NCBI GenBank assembly: GCA_965219445.1
Contig: CBDCNQ010000003.1
Coordinates: 96,001 to 160,000, forward strand
Direction of reading: 5' to 3'
From: Longimicrobiales bacterium
GTDB lineage: Bacteria; Gemmatimonadota; Gemmatimonadetes; Longimicrobiales; Gaopeijiaceae
DNA length: 64,000 bases
This document shows positions 1-8,988 of this stretch, piece after piece. Numbering within the stretch: position 1 is the first letter of the stretch; every line of letters begins with the position of its first letter. The position numbers and the translations under genes are program-made. Below the pieces are notes generated by a model that did not search any database, was not told the origin of the DNA, and saw only the letters and a program-made list of their open reading frames with translations.

Positions 1-570
1 GAACACGACCCGCGGATTGTACTCCGTCGGCAGGGGCTGCGTGGGGCCGCGCCACGAGAGCGTATGCGTATAGACGCAGCTGAGGTTGCTGCTGCAGGCT
101 CCCGCGTTCGCCGAGGCGTCCATGGAGAGCTCCAACGAGGCCAGCTGGGTCTCCCGGCCAAATTCTCGCGCCAGGAGCTGATCCATCGAAACGTCGGCGA
201 AGATTTCAGTCTCGGTGCGCCCGCCCTGAGGAATGCCAGTCAGGAACGATCCGGAAGCACCTGCGTGGATCTGGACCCAGTTCGCTCTGACTCCCGAAAG
301 AACCAGCATCTGATCCCGAAATGGCTCCAGGGGCTCGAGAATCGGTGTGAGACCGAAATCTCGCCCCTCCCCCTTGGGAGACCAGTACTCCATCGCCATC
401 CCGTTCGGTACGTAGAACGTCTGGAACCGATGTACACGCTCGGGCACGGCCTGTCCGCGGAGCCCGAAGGCGGGGAACATCGAGTCGAGGAACGGTAGCG
501 CCAAACTCGCGCCGACGCCCTTTAGAACGGTTCGTCGCGGGAGCGTTTTCCCAGCCAAGATATTCAACAT
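1..570 (-). CDS. DUF1552 family protein, runs off the left edge of the window
   Basis: Not in ORF track. Manual translation from ATG 570 (GGAGGG RBS) gives MLNILAGKTLPRRTVLKGVGASLALPFLDSMFPA...FYVPNGM...SMDQLLA...SLELS...CSSNLSCVYTHTLSW. Lies directly downstream of the DUF1592 gene, the usual pairing. Confidence 0.9.
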   Translation of the reverse strand, partial: MLNILAGKTLPRRTVLKGVGASLALPFLDSMFPAFGLRGQAVPERVHRFQTFYVPNGMAMEYWSPKGEGRDFGLTPILEPLEPFRDQMLVLSGVRANWVQIHAGASGSFLTGIPQGGRTETEIFADVSMDQLLAREFGRETQLASLELSMDASANAGACSSNLSCVYTHTLSWRGPTQPLPTEYNPRVVF

Positions 571-601
571 ACGTGCCCTCCAAGTGTGTTCTGTTTCCGC
601 C

Positions 602-3163
602 TCAGATCGCTTCTGCGGACCGGCGCATGAGAAAAGCCGGGCTCTTTGCGATTCCAATTACGATCGATGACCAACGGTAGTCGTTGTCTTCGGCGTCGCG
701 TACAATCTGCCGCACGGTTGGCATATCGAAGTACTCGAGTGGACGCCCCAGCGCGTATGACATGAGCTTCTCGGTTACCGTGCCGACGAACTGCTCATCA
801 TAGTCGAGTAGGAGTGCCCTCAGCGACCGCACCCCATTCAGCTCTACACCGCTCGGCCAGGTTCCAGCGTTATCCACCGGACCACCTCTCTCATCGGTGA
901 CCCGCCACTGTCCCACGGCATCGAACTCCTCTAGGGCGAACCCAAGGGGATCCATAAGCGTATGGCAGCTGGCGCATAAAGGATCGGCTCGGTGCTGTTC
1001 CAGTCGCGCCCGGATGCCAAGAGCCTCCGCGTCCGCACTCTGGTCCAGGCTGGTGTCCACGTTGGCCGGCGGCGGTGGCGGATCCGCGCCCAGGATATTG
1101 TCCAGAAGCCACTTGCCTCTCAACACGGGCGACGTGCGGTCCGGGTACGCGGTTATGGCCATCAGCCCCCCGTGCGCGAGCAGTCCGCCCCGCTGATCGG
1201 GATTCGGAAGCGTGATTCGGCGAGGGCGGCTACCGTATACACCCGGGATCCCGTAGAACCTCGCTAATCGCTCATTTGCGTACGTGTAGTCAGCGCTCAA
1301 CAGCTCCGGAATGGGCCGATCCTCCCTCAGACTGTTGGCGATGAACATTTCGGTCTCCTGTTGGAATGCTTCCAGGAGACTGTCGTCGAAATCGGGATAT
1401 TTGAGGGGATCGGCGAGCTTCTCGGGAAGTAGGCGAAGGTTGAGCCACTGAGCTGCAAACCCGTCGACGAGCGCGTCGACGGCTCGTGGATCCGCCAACA
1501 TCCTTCGAACCTGTTCCTCGAGCACCGCGGGGTCGGTCAAGCGCCCCTCTTCCGCCAACTCGAGCAAGCCCTCGTCGGGGATACTGCTCCACAGGAAGAA
1601 GGACAGCCGGGAGGCAACTGTCACATCGTCGAGAGCATAGACTTCACCGGGCTCGATTCCGGTCGGCGCAGGATAGATACGGAAGATAAACTCAGGATCG
1701 ACCACGAGTCGCTCCAACGCGAGCTGGATCCCGGAGTCGAAGCTCCCCCCCTCCGAGCGACCCTGGCGGAAGAACTGGAGCAGTACCTCCAGGTCCTGGT
1801 CTTTGGTGGGACGGCGATAGGCCCGCCGGGCCATCCGCGAGAGGATCTGCGTGGCACAGGCCTCTTCTTCCGCGCCTGGCTCGGGACGGCACACGAAAAT
1901 TTCGTTCCGGCTGGGGGTGTCCGCGGCAGTGCCGGTGATCGCATAGGGGCCCGCGATCTGAACCGACTCTACGCTGGCCTGGTCCATGTAGATCTGATCG
2001 TTCGTCAGAACCCTCCCTCTCTGACGCGGCTGCGGAAGCAATTCCGGCTCCCACTGCTCTCTGACGAACGAAACGCCGACCACGTGAGGTCCGGCCGAGA
2101 CCGTGAGGCGGACCTCCAGATGGGCGTCTCCGGTCGTCTGCATATATTCTTCCCACTCGGGAGCACCCGCTGAACCCGGCTCCCCCGCGCCGGCGTAGCT
2201 GGCGGGCGCGGGCCTGAACTCGGTGGCTCCCCCGCCCACGGTGAACCTATCGAGGAGAGCTTCGTCGAGCCTGACGTCCAGCTGTTGCTGCCATCCCATG
2301 CCCATCAGGTAGTCTTGGTACTGCCTGCGGAGCAGGATCTTGATCAGGTATTCTCCATCAGCAGGAAAATCGTAGCGAACGGCAATGCCGCCCCGTGACC
2401 CGAAAGGGAGGTTTTCACTTTGACGCTGGTCCTGCACGACGTGGAGCGGGACCCTGAAGGTTTCCACGCCTGGAGCCGTGGGAGGGAGGCCCGTCGCAAG
2501 ACGGGTCACCTGCCGCGCCAGGGACATGTATCGCTCCATATGCGTCGTCGTGATGGAGAGGGCGTCGGCGTAATTGTCGAAGCTGCCGTCCGCCGTCTCG
2601 TCACCCGGAAGAAGCGACCTTACATCCAAGTCGAGCCCGAATAGGTCGTTGATGGCGTTGTTGTACTCCAGGCGGTTGAGACGGTGGATCGGATTGGTCC
2701 TGCCCGGGTGGGGCCCGGCCTCCGAGGCCGCCTTGTCGAGTTCCGTCTCCAGCCAGCTCGCCGCGAAGTCATACTCGGCCTGCTCGGGCCTCCGCACGCC
2801 ACCCGGTGGCATCGTGCCGGTTCGCAGCTTACGGATTACCGCCTCCCAAGTACTGGCCGCCGCGCCGGGGTTTTCGACGTCCACTACGTCGAGCGCCAGT
2901 CCACCGGTGACACGCCTCTCGTTGTGACATCTGACGCAGTACGTGTCCAGGATCTCACGGAGCTCCTCCGGGTCCGCCTGAGCCGGGTTGGACCGAGCCG
3001 GGTTCCATGTAGCCGGAGCGGTGAACGCAAGGTCGGCCGAAGTAGTGTGCGCGCCGATCACTGTCATCGCGCCCCCACCCACGAGAAGGAGCGCGGCCAG
3101 CGAGGCGTGCCCGGCCCTGGAGGATCTACGGGGGGTGGGAAGCATGTTACTCGTCATGATCAC
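602..3163 (-). CDS. Planctomycete-type cytochrome c protein with DUF1587/1595/1592/1588/1585 domains
   Basis: CVRCH and CASCH heme motifs, HRLNRLEYNNAI, ASRLSFFLWSSIPD, RTSPVLRGKW, KLMSYALGR; signal peptide. Confidence 0.92.
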   Translation of the reverse strand: MIMTSNMLPTPRRSSRAGHASLAALLLVGGGAMTVIGAHTTSADLAFTAPATWNPARSNPAQADPEELREILDTYCVRCHNERRVTGGLALDVVDVENPGAAASTWEAVIRKLRTGTMPPGGVRRPEQAEYDFAASWLETELDKAASEAGPHPGRTNPIHRLNRLEYNNAINDLFGLDLDVRSLLPGDETADGSFDNYADALSITTTHMERYMSLARQVTRLATGLPPTAPGVETFRVPLHVVQDQRQSENLPFGSRGGIAVRYDFPADGEYLIKILLRRQYQDYLMGMGWQQQLDVRLDEALLDRFTVGGGATEFRPAPASYAGAGEPGSAGAPEWEEYMQTTGDAHLEVRLTVSAGPHVVGVSFVREQWEPELLPQPRQRGRVLTNDQIYMDQASVESVQIAGPYAITGTAADTPSRNEIFVCRPEPGAEEEACATQILSRMARRAYRRPTKDQDLEVLLQFFRQGRSEGGSFDSGIQLALERLVVDPEFIFRIYPAPTGIEPGEVYALDDVTVASRLSFFLWSSIPDEGLLELAEEGRLTDPAVLEEQVRRMLADPRAVDALVDGFAAQWLNLRLLPEKLADPLKYPDFDDSLLEAFQQETEMFIANSLREDRPIPELLSADYTYANERLARFYGIPGVYGSRPRRITLPNPDQRGGLLAHGGLMAITAYPDRTSPVLRGKWLLDNILGADPPPPPANVDTSLDQSADAEALGIRARLEQHRADPLCASCHTLMDPLGFALEEFDAVGQWRVTDERGGPVDNAGTWPSGVELNGVRSLRALLLDYDEQFVGTVTEKLMSYALGRPLEYFDMPTVRQIVRDAEDNDYRWSSIVIGIAKSPAFLMRRSAEAI

Positions 3164-3407
3164 GAGCGTGTGATTCGATTCGCTTCACTTCTTCGTGGGC
3201 GTGATCCAGCCTCAGCGCTCGATTCCTCGCTCGGATATCACCGGTGGCGCGACTCCGTGTTTGGTCCGAACTCACGGAGGATATCGACATGAGCTTTTCG
3301 ACGTCTTGGCTGCCGCACGAGGGACATTCAGAGACAGGCGATGAATTCAGCACAAGAACCTCGAACTCATCCCTGCAAGCTGAACAACGAAACTCGAAAA
3401 TCGGCAT
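3147..3407 (-). CDS. FmdB-family zinc-ribbon protein
   Basis: MPIFEFRCSAC...FE...CPSCGS..VEKLMS; GGAGGT RBS before ATG 3407. Confidence 0.88.
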   Translation of the reverse strand: MPIFEFRCSACRDEFEVLVLNSSPVSECPSCGSQDVEKLMSISSVSSDQTRSRATGDIRARNRALRLDHAHEEVKRIESHARDHDE

Positions 3408-3716
3408 CCTACCTCCAGGTGCCCTCTTTGCCCCAAAATAACGGCCGAGACCCCCATGTTCCAAAAAGTCGGTCCCCGCTCCCGTCCCTGACCGTGCGGA
3501 TCGACGGGAAGATGCGGCCAATCGGGATGCGATATCATACGTCAACCTACGCGGCAAGCAAGTGCAGACGTATGGTCGACTTAAGCCCCCCCGCGCATGT
3601 ACGCGAGCCCCCCCCACGCGTGTACGCGCGCGCGCCCTTTGCTCTTTCTACGACGTCGTGATATTCTACGGGTTGAAGTTGTGGCTCACCTGTAACGGGT
3701 AGGAGGGAGTGGCATC

Positions 3717-5264
3717 ATGAGCAGAAATCGTATGCAGACCAGGCTCGGAGCGTTGCTACGACGGGGTCTCGGGGTGTTGCCGATGTTGGCTGCGGTCGGC
3801 CTTATTTCTCTGGTCCCCGCCTCGGTCTCTGCGTGGGACGCGAGCCCTCAAGTGCCCGACGCGTTCACCCAAACGCGCACCGGGGCCGAATATCCGGTGA
3901 CGGTGACTCTGGTTCCCAATCCGAGGACGGACCTCACGTACGCAAGGGACGTAGCGCCGATCATCCAGCAGAGCTGCGAGAGATGCCATATGCCGGGCAA
4001 TGTGTCCCCGATGGTGCTCCAGACTTACGAGCAGGTGAAGCTATACGCGCCGCTAATCCGCGACCGGGTGATCAGGCGGCAGATGCCGCCCTGGCCCATC
4101 GACAGGACGGTCGGGATCATGGAGTTCAAGAACGACCCGTCCCTGAGTGACGAGGAGATCAGGACGATCGTGGATTGGGTGGATGCGGGCGCGCCGCTCG
4201 GCGATCCGGCGGACCTGCCCGAGCCGATGGTGTGGCCCGATGGAGTAGAGTGGGAGTTCAAGGCGGACCTGGGGCCGCCGGACATGGTGCTCCAGTCGCC
4301 CTTATACAAGGTGGTGGCCAACGGGATGGACCAGTGGCCCACTCCGATCACGCCGCTCGAAGAGGTGCAGATTGAAGGAGAGCCTCTCACCCAGGATCGG
4401 TGGATCAAGGCCGTTGAGGTCCGACCGCACAACGTCGAGGCTCGGTATGTCTTCCACCACGCCAATCCCGGCCTCATCATGCCCGGGGAGATCGTTGATC
4501 CGATGGAACCGGAGTCGGGGAGGGTCAAGTTCATCGATTCAGCGGTCGGGACCACGGGCCGGATCTTTCCCGACAACCAGGGCCGGATGATCCGGCCGGG
4601 ATCGAGCGTTAGTTGGAGCCTGCATTACTTTCCGTACACCCACGACATCGATGCCGCGCTACAAGTCGCTGTCTGGTACTACCCTGTGGGGTATGAGCCG
4701 GAGTTCTACAGCATGGGCGACGTCAATATGCAGACCAGCATGACCTCGTACACCGGTGAATTCAGTCCACGAAGCGGAGCGCGGGACAGTAGCGGTCGGC
4801 TCCACAGTCACTCGGATATTCTCATTCCCCCGAACAGCGTCACCACCCTGAAGGGGGTCCACAAGTTGGACCGGCCCGCCATGATGCACAGCATCCGGGG
4901 GCATATGCACTTGCTCGGGAAGTATCAGATTGTCGAAGCGATCTATCCCGACGGCAGGTGGGAACTCATCAGCAAGCTCAATTGGGATCACAGCTGGCAC
5001 ACGCTGTTCCTGTACGAGGACCACGTGGCGCCGTTGTTCCCCACGGGAACCGTGCTTCTTCTGAGCTCGACGTTCGACAACACGGTCGAAAACCCGCACA
5101 ATCAAGACCCGGATCAGTGGATCACCGGGGGAGACCGGAGCGTCGACGAGATGGGACATATCCGCCTCGGCCTCACATATTTTGAGAGCGAGGAGGACTT
5201 CCAGAGGATGGTCGAGGAACGGGAGCGTACTCTGGCTACGATGCCCACGGTCGATCAGCCGTAG
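3717..5264 (+). CDS. Cytochrome c / PHM-like copper monooxygenase fusion (A1)
   Basis: Signal peptide, DVAPIIQQSCERCH, MPPW; Cu-ligand-like VFHH, SLHY, GHMHLLG, DEMGH. Confidence 0.75.
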   Translation: MSRNRMQTRLGALLRRGLGVLPMLAAVGLISLVPASVSAWDASPQVPDAFTQTRTGAEYPVTVTLVPNPRTDLTYARDVAPIIQQSCERCHMPGNVSPMVLQTYEQVKLYAPLIRDRVIRRQMPPWPIDRTVGIMEFKNDPSLSDEEIRTIVDWVDAGAPLGDPADLPEPMVWPDGVEWEFKADLGPPDMVLQSPLYKVVANGMDQWPTPITPLEEVQIEGEPLTQDRWIKAVEVRPHNVEARYVFHHANPGLIMPGEIVDPMEPESGRVKFIDSAVGTTGRIFPDNQGRMIRPGSSVSWSLHYFPYTHDIDAALQVAVWYYPVGYEPEFYSMGDVNMQTSMTSYTGEFSPRSGARDSSGRLHSHSDILIPPNSVTTLKGVHKLDRPAMMHSIRGHMHLLGKYQIVEAIYPDGRWELISKLNWDHSWHTLFLYEDHVAPLFPTGTVLLLSSTFDNTVENPHNQDPDQWITGGDRSVDEMGHIRLGLTYFESEEDFQRMVEERERTLATMPTVDQP

Positions 5265-5295
5265 TCGAAGAACCGTAGTAGGTAGTGGTAGGAGA

Positions 5296-5331
5296 GCCCG
5301 GCCTGCGCCCCGCACGGGGCGCAGGCCGGGC
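5296..5331. repeat. Perfect 16-bp GC hairpin between A1 and B1
   Basis: GCCCGGCCTGCGCCCC-GCAC-GGGGCGCAGGCCGGGC; no U-tract. Confidence 0.8.
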
Positions 5332-5396
5332 ACAGCTTGGGGAACGAGGGACCCTCACGCCGAATAGAGTACGCCGAATAAAGGACGAGGCAGCCG

Positions 5397-6329
5397 ATGA
5401 GATCGCGACACTTTTCCCCGACAGGAGTCCTGCTCGCTGGGATGTTTGTGCTTGGCTCGATGTCTCTCGAGGCGCAGCAGTGGGAAGAAAAAATTCCGGG
5501 CAATGCGGGTGAGTGGAACGTACGGATGCTGCGCCCCACGGGGCAGCCCGTGATCCCCATTTTTGACGGCTGGGTTTCCGAGGACGACGGCTCGGCAACC
5601 CTGTGCCTCGGATACTTCAACATGAATTTCGACGAAGCCCTGGAAATTCCGCTCGGGCCGAACAACTACATCGAGCCCGCCCGCTTCAACGGAATTCAAC
5701 CGACGTATTTCAATCCCGTGCCGATGCGTGCCGGCAACAAGCAGCGACACTATTGTGTCATGACCGTGAACGTGTTCCAGGGGGACGCTGAGCCCATCGT
5801 CTGGCACCTTGGACGTGACTATAAGGACTACTCGGTTCCCGCCCACTCGGGAGCGCAGCATTTCCGCGTCAACGACATTTTCTTCCCCACGGATCGAGCT
5901 GATCGGGGAGGATCCATGGCACCGCTCGTCCGGTTCGTCGAGCCGGCGGGGCCGGAGGGAATAGGCAAGGGCCTTCTTGGCGGGAAAAGGGTCGGGCCTG
6001 TCAACGCTACGGTCGGCGAGCCGCTGCCCCTCACCCTGGCCGTGAGCCAGCCGAGCCCAGAGGACTACCCCGAGGTCGCGCCCTACACGGGTGAGCCAAA
6101 GAGCTTCGAGGTAACTTGGCAGAAGTACTCTGGACCTCCTGACATCCTTGGAATCGTGACCTTCAGCGAGAACGTGTTCGAGGTCGGGCCGGGGGAAGGG
6201 ATCGCCGAGACGACCGCTCTGTTCCGGGAACCCGGCGACTACGTGCTACTTGTGCAGGTTCTCGGCGGCGGATACGACAACCAGTGTTGCTGGACGAACG
6301 GTTATGTGGAGGTGACGGTCTCCCCGTAG
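5397..6329 (+). CDS. Secreted partner protein of the monooxygenase (B1), with Ig/PKD-like C-terminus
   Basis: FDGW, GYFNMN, IPLGPNN, QPTYF, FREPGDYVL, CCWTNGYVEVTV; homologous to B2-B4. Confidence 0.8.
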   Translation: MRSRHFSPTGVLLAGMFVLGSMSLEAQQWEEKIPGNAGEWNVRMLRPTGQPVIPIFDGWVSEDDGSATLCLGYFNMNFDEALEIPLGPNNYIEPARFNGIQPTYFNPVPMRAGNKQRHYCVMTVNVFQGDAEPIVWHLGRDYKDYSVPAHSGAQHFRVNDIFFPTDRADRGGSMAPLVRFVEPAGPEGIGKGLLGGKRVGPVNATVGEPLPLTLAVSQPSPEDYPEVAPYTGEPKSFEVTWQKYSGPPDILGIVTFSENVFEVGPGEGIAETTALFREPGDYVLLVQVLGGGYDNQCCWTNGYVEVTVSP

Positions 6330-6385
6330 CGCGAAGTCGTTCTTACTCGGTCGCGGCCCTCAACCCCCGGCGCGCTTCCGTCGGC

Positions 6386-6550
6386 TCACATCCCAGAGAC
6401 CGGCACCATTCCCGTCATAGTGAACTTCTGGGCTCGAGCGCCCACGTTGACTTCCGCCGTGTACAGGTTGCCGTCCGGATCAGCGACCATGTCATGTAGG
6501 ATGTGAGGGCAACGTGTACATGATCCACGACCGTGGCGAAGGCCAAGCTG
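6386..6550 (-). pseudogene. 3' remnant of an NHL/PAL-like gene
   Basis: HILHDMVADPDGNLYTAEVNVGARAQKF resembles the C-terminus of 11744..13240 (HWVHVVSIDSQGNLYTGEVDTGQRIQKF). The 5' boundary is approximate. Confidence 0.7.
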
Positions 6551-6722
6551 GGCTGGACACTCGTTTCTCCCTTGACGCTCTCTTGGCACGGCTCCTATTC
6601 TGTTGGACCGCGTCCGGGAGATGATCGAAGTCGTGATCGCAATGGCTTCTCTACGTGAAGTGGTGAGGACGATTTTGTGAGGATGAGGAACATTTTTTGA
6701 GGGTATAGTCCCTTCTGATCTC

Positions 6723-8801
6723 ATGAGGAATGAAATGGAGATGGCCAGACGTAATGCACCGCGGCTCAGGCAGAGAGCGAACGGATTGTATCGTGCCCTG
6801 GGGTTCAGCGTTCTGCTGGCGGCACCGGCATCCCTCGTCGCGCAGAGTGCACCTGGGACGGCGAACGGAGAGTGGCGATATCTGGGTGGGGACGCCGCCC
6901 ATACCCGGTATTCGCCCCTGGACCAGATCGACGCCAGTAACTTCGAGGATCTGGAGATCGCGTGGATCTGGCGGGCGGACAACTTCGGCCCCACGGTCGA
7001 CTATGCGTTCAAGTCCACACCAAGCTTCGTCGACGGGATGCTCTTCACTGCGGTGAGCGAGCGGCGGCAGGTGGCTGCCATCGATCCTGCTACGGGTGAA
7101 ACCCTTTGGGTCTTCCGCGAGCCCAACACGTTGCGGTGGGAACGCTCCATGCGGCAGAACTATGGAAAGGGAGTGACGTACGCAGAGGTCGATGGCCGCG
7201 GGGTCGTCTATATCACCACGCCCGGTTTCTTCCTTCACGCGCTCGACGCCAAGACGGGGCGGCCGCTGGAAGGATTCGGAAGGCCCGTTCCGATCGAAGG
7301 CTTTCCTGAGACGGGGGTTGTGGATCCCCTGGAAGATCTCGTGAGGGACTGGCTACCCTTTGAGGAGCTCGGCCAGCAGTTCGACCATTATGCGGGAATT
7401 CCCCGGGAAATTGGAATGATCACCGCTTCGGCGCCGCCCATCGTGGTGAACGACGTGATCGTGGTGGGTAATTCCCACGAGCAGGGTTACAACCAGACAC
7501 GGGTCGAGAACGTGCCGGGTGACATCATGGGCTACGATGCCCGGACCGGTGAGTTTCTGTGGAAATTCCACGTCATCCCGAGGCCCGGCGAATTCGGGCA
7601 CGAAACGTGGGAGAACGGCTCATGGCTTACCGCTGGGGACGTCTCGTCGTGGGCCCCCATGTCGGCGGATCCCGAGCGGGGCCTCGTATATATCCCCACC
7701 AATCCACCGACAATAGACTTTTATGGCGGCTTCCGCCCGGGAGACAACCTCTTCGGCACTAGTGTCATCGCCCTGGACGTCCAGACCGGGGAACGGGTAT
7801 GGCATTTCCAGACTGTTCATCACGACATCTGGAATTTCGACAATCCCACGGCCCCGATCCTGCTGGACGTGACGATAGACGGAGAGCCGACTCCGATCGT
7901 CGTCCAGACCACGAAGCAGGGCTGGGCCTACACCTTCAACCGGGAGACCGGCGAGCCGATTTGGCCCATCGAGGAACGCCCGGTGCCGCAGTCTGAGGTT
8001 CCGGGTGAGCAACTGTCTCCTACTCAGCCATTTCCCACGTGGCCGCTGGCGTACGAAGAGCAGGGGCTCACCGAGGACGACCTGATCGATTTCACGCCCG
8101 AGCTCCGTTTAGATGCACTGGGGATCATTCAGAACTACCGGATCGGACCCATCTTCAACCCGCCGATCCAGATGGGCCATCCGTCCGGCCTGCGCTCGTT
8201 CGTCAGCTGCCCGTCGGGTGCGACCAACATCCCCGGTCCGACGTCCGCCGATCCGGAGACCGGGATTCTCTATGTGTCGTCCAACAAGGGGTGTCGGTCC
8301 GAGAGGCTCGTTCCCGGCCGCGATATCGATGAACCCGACGACATCATGACCACTGGCTCGACCTACTCGGACTTTGCCGTCCTCGATCGTGGAGACTTCA
8401 GGGGCCCTCAAGGCCTCCCGATCCACAAGCCTCCTTACGGCCGGATCACGGCCATCGACATGAACACAGGGGAGCACCTGTGGTGGATCCCCAACGGGGA
8501 CACACCCGAGCGAATCAGGAACCACCCTGCGCTGCAGGGGGTGGACCTGCCCAACACCGGCCAGACTTCGAAAGCCATCACGATGGTCACGAGGACGCTG
8601 CTCTTCACTGCCGAGGGTGGTGGAGGCGAGCCCCGTCTCCATGCCGTGGACAAGCAGACTGGCGAACGACTGGGGACCGTCGATCTGCCGGCCGCGGGCC
8701 AATACGGCATGATGACCTACATGCACGAAGGGAAGCAGTACGTTGTGGTGCAGACCGGCGGAAGGACCCCTGGAGCACTGGTGGCACTGCGGCTGCCGTA
8801 A
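6723..8801 (+). CDS. PQQ-dependent dehydrogenase, glucose/quinate-DH-like, secreted
   Basis: WRYLGGD..TRYSPLDQI, DNLFGTSVIALD, WHFQTVHHDIWNFD, SPTQPFP, MTYMHEGKQYVV; start may be 6735 or 6741. Confidence 0.9.
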   Translation: MRNEMEMARRNAPRLRQRANGLYRALGFSVLLAAPASLVAQSAPGTANGEWRYLGGDAAHTRYSPLDQIDASNFEDLEIAWIWRADNFGPTVDYAFKSTPSFVDGMLFTAVSERRQVAAIDPATGETLWVFREPNTLRWERSMRQNYGKGVTYAEVDGRGVVYITTPGFFLHALDAKTGRPLEGFGRPVPIEGFPETGVVDPLEDLVRDWLPFEELGQQFDHYAGIPREIGMITASAPPIVVNDVIVVGNSHEQGYNQTRVENVPGDIMGYDARTGEFLWKFHVIPRPGEFGHETWENGSWLTAGDVSSWAPMSADPERGLVYIPTNPPTIDFYGGFRPGDNLFGTSVIALDVQTGERVWHFQTVHHDIWNFDNPTAPILLDVTIDGEPTPIVVQTTKQGWAYTFNRETGEPIWPIEERPVPQSEVPGEQLSPTQPFPTWPLAYEEQGLTEDDLIDFTPELRLDALGIIQNYRIGPIFNPPIQMGHPSGLRSFVSCPSGATNIPGPTSADPETGILYVSSNKGCRSERLVPGRDIDEPDDIMTTGSTYSDFAVLDRGDFRGPQGLPIHKPPYGRITAIDMNTGEHLWWIPNGDTPERIRNHPALQGVDLPNTGQTSKAITMVTRTLLFTAEGGGGEPRLHAVDKQTGERLGTVDLPAAGQYGMMTYMHEGKQYVVVQTGGRTPGALVALRLP

Positions 8802-8821
8802 TTGTCATAGTTCGTCTCGGC

Positions 8822-8923
8822 GTCCTGCGTGTGCGAGTGGATAACTTCAACCCCCTCGACAGCACGCCCGGAGACCGGTGTTGCTGGACGAACGGGTACT
8901 TGAGCGTAACCGTATCTCGTTAG
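8822..8923 (+). pseudogene. Orphan 3' tail of a B-type partner gene
   Basis: VLRVRVDNFNPLDSTPGDRCCWTNGYLSVTVSR* versus B2 VIRVQAVD...HCCWTNRYLSVSVTE*. Confidence 0.8.
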
Positions 8924-8988
8924 CGGACGTTCAGAAGCCGTGCCAATGGCTCACTAGCGGACGTTCAGAAGCCGAGCCAATAACTCAC
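8921..8988. repeat. 34-bp tandem duplication (3 mismatches) covering the DUF5916 gene end
   Basis: tagcggacgttcagaagccgtgccaatggctcac / tagcggacgttcagaagccgagccaataactcac. Confidence 0.9.
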
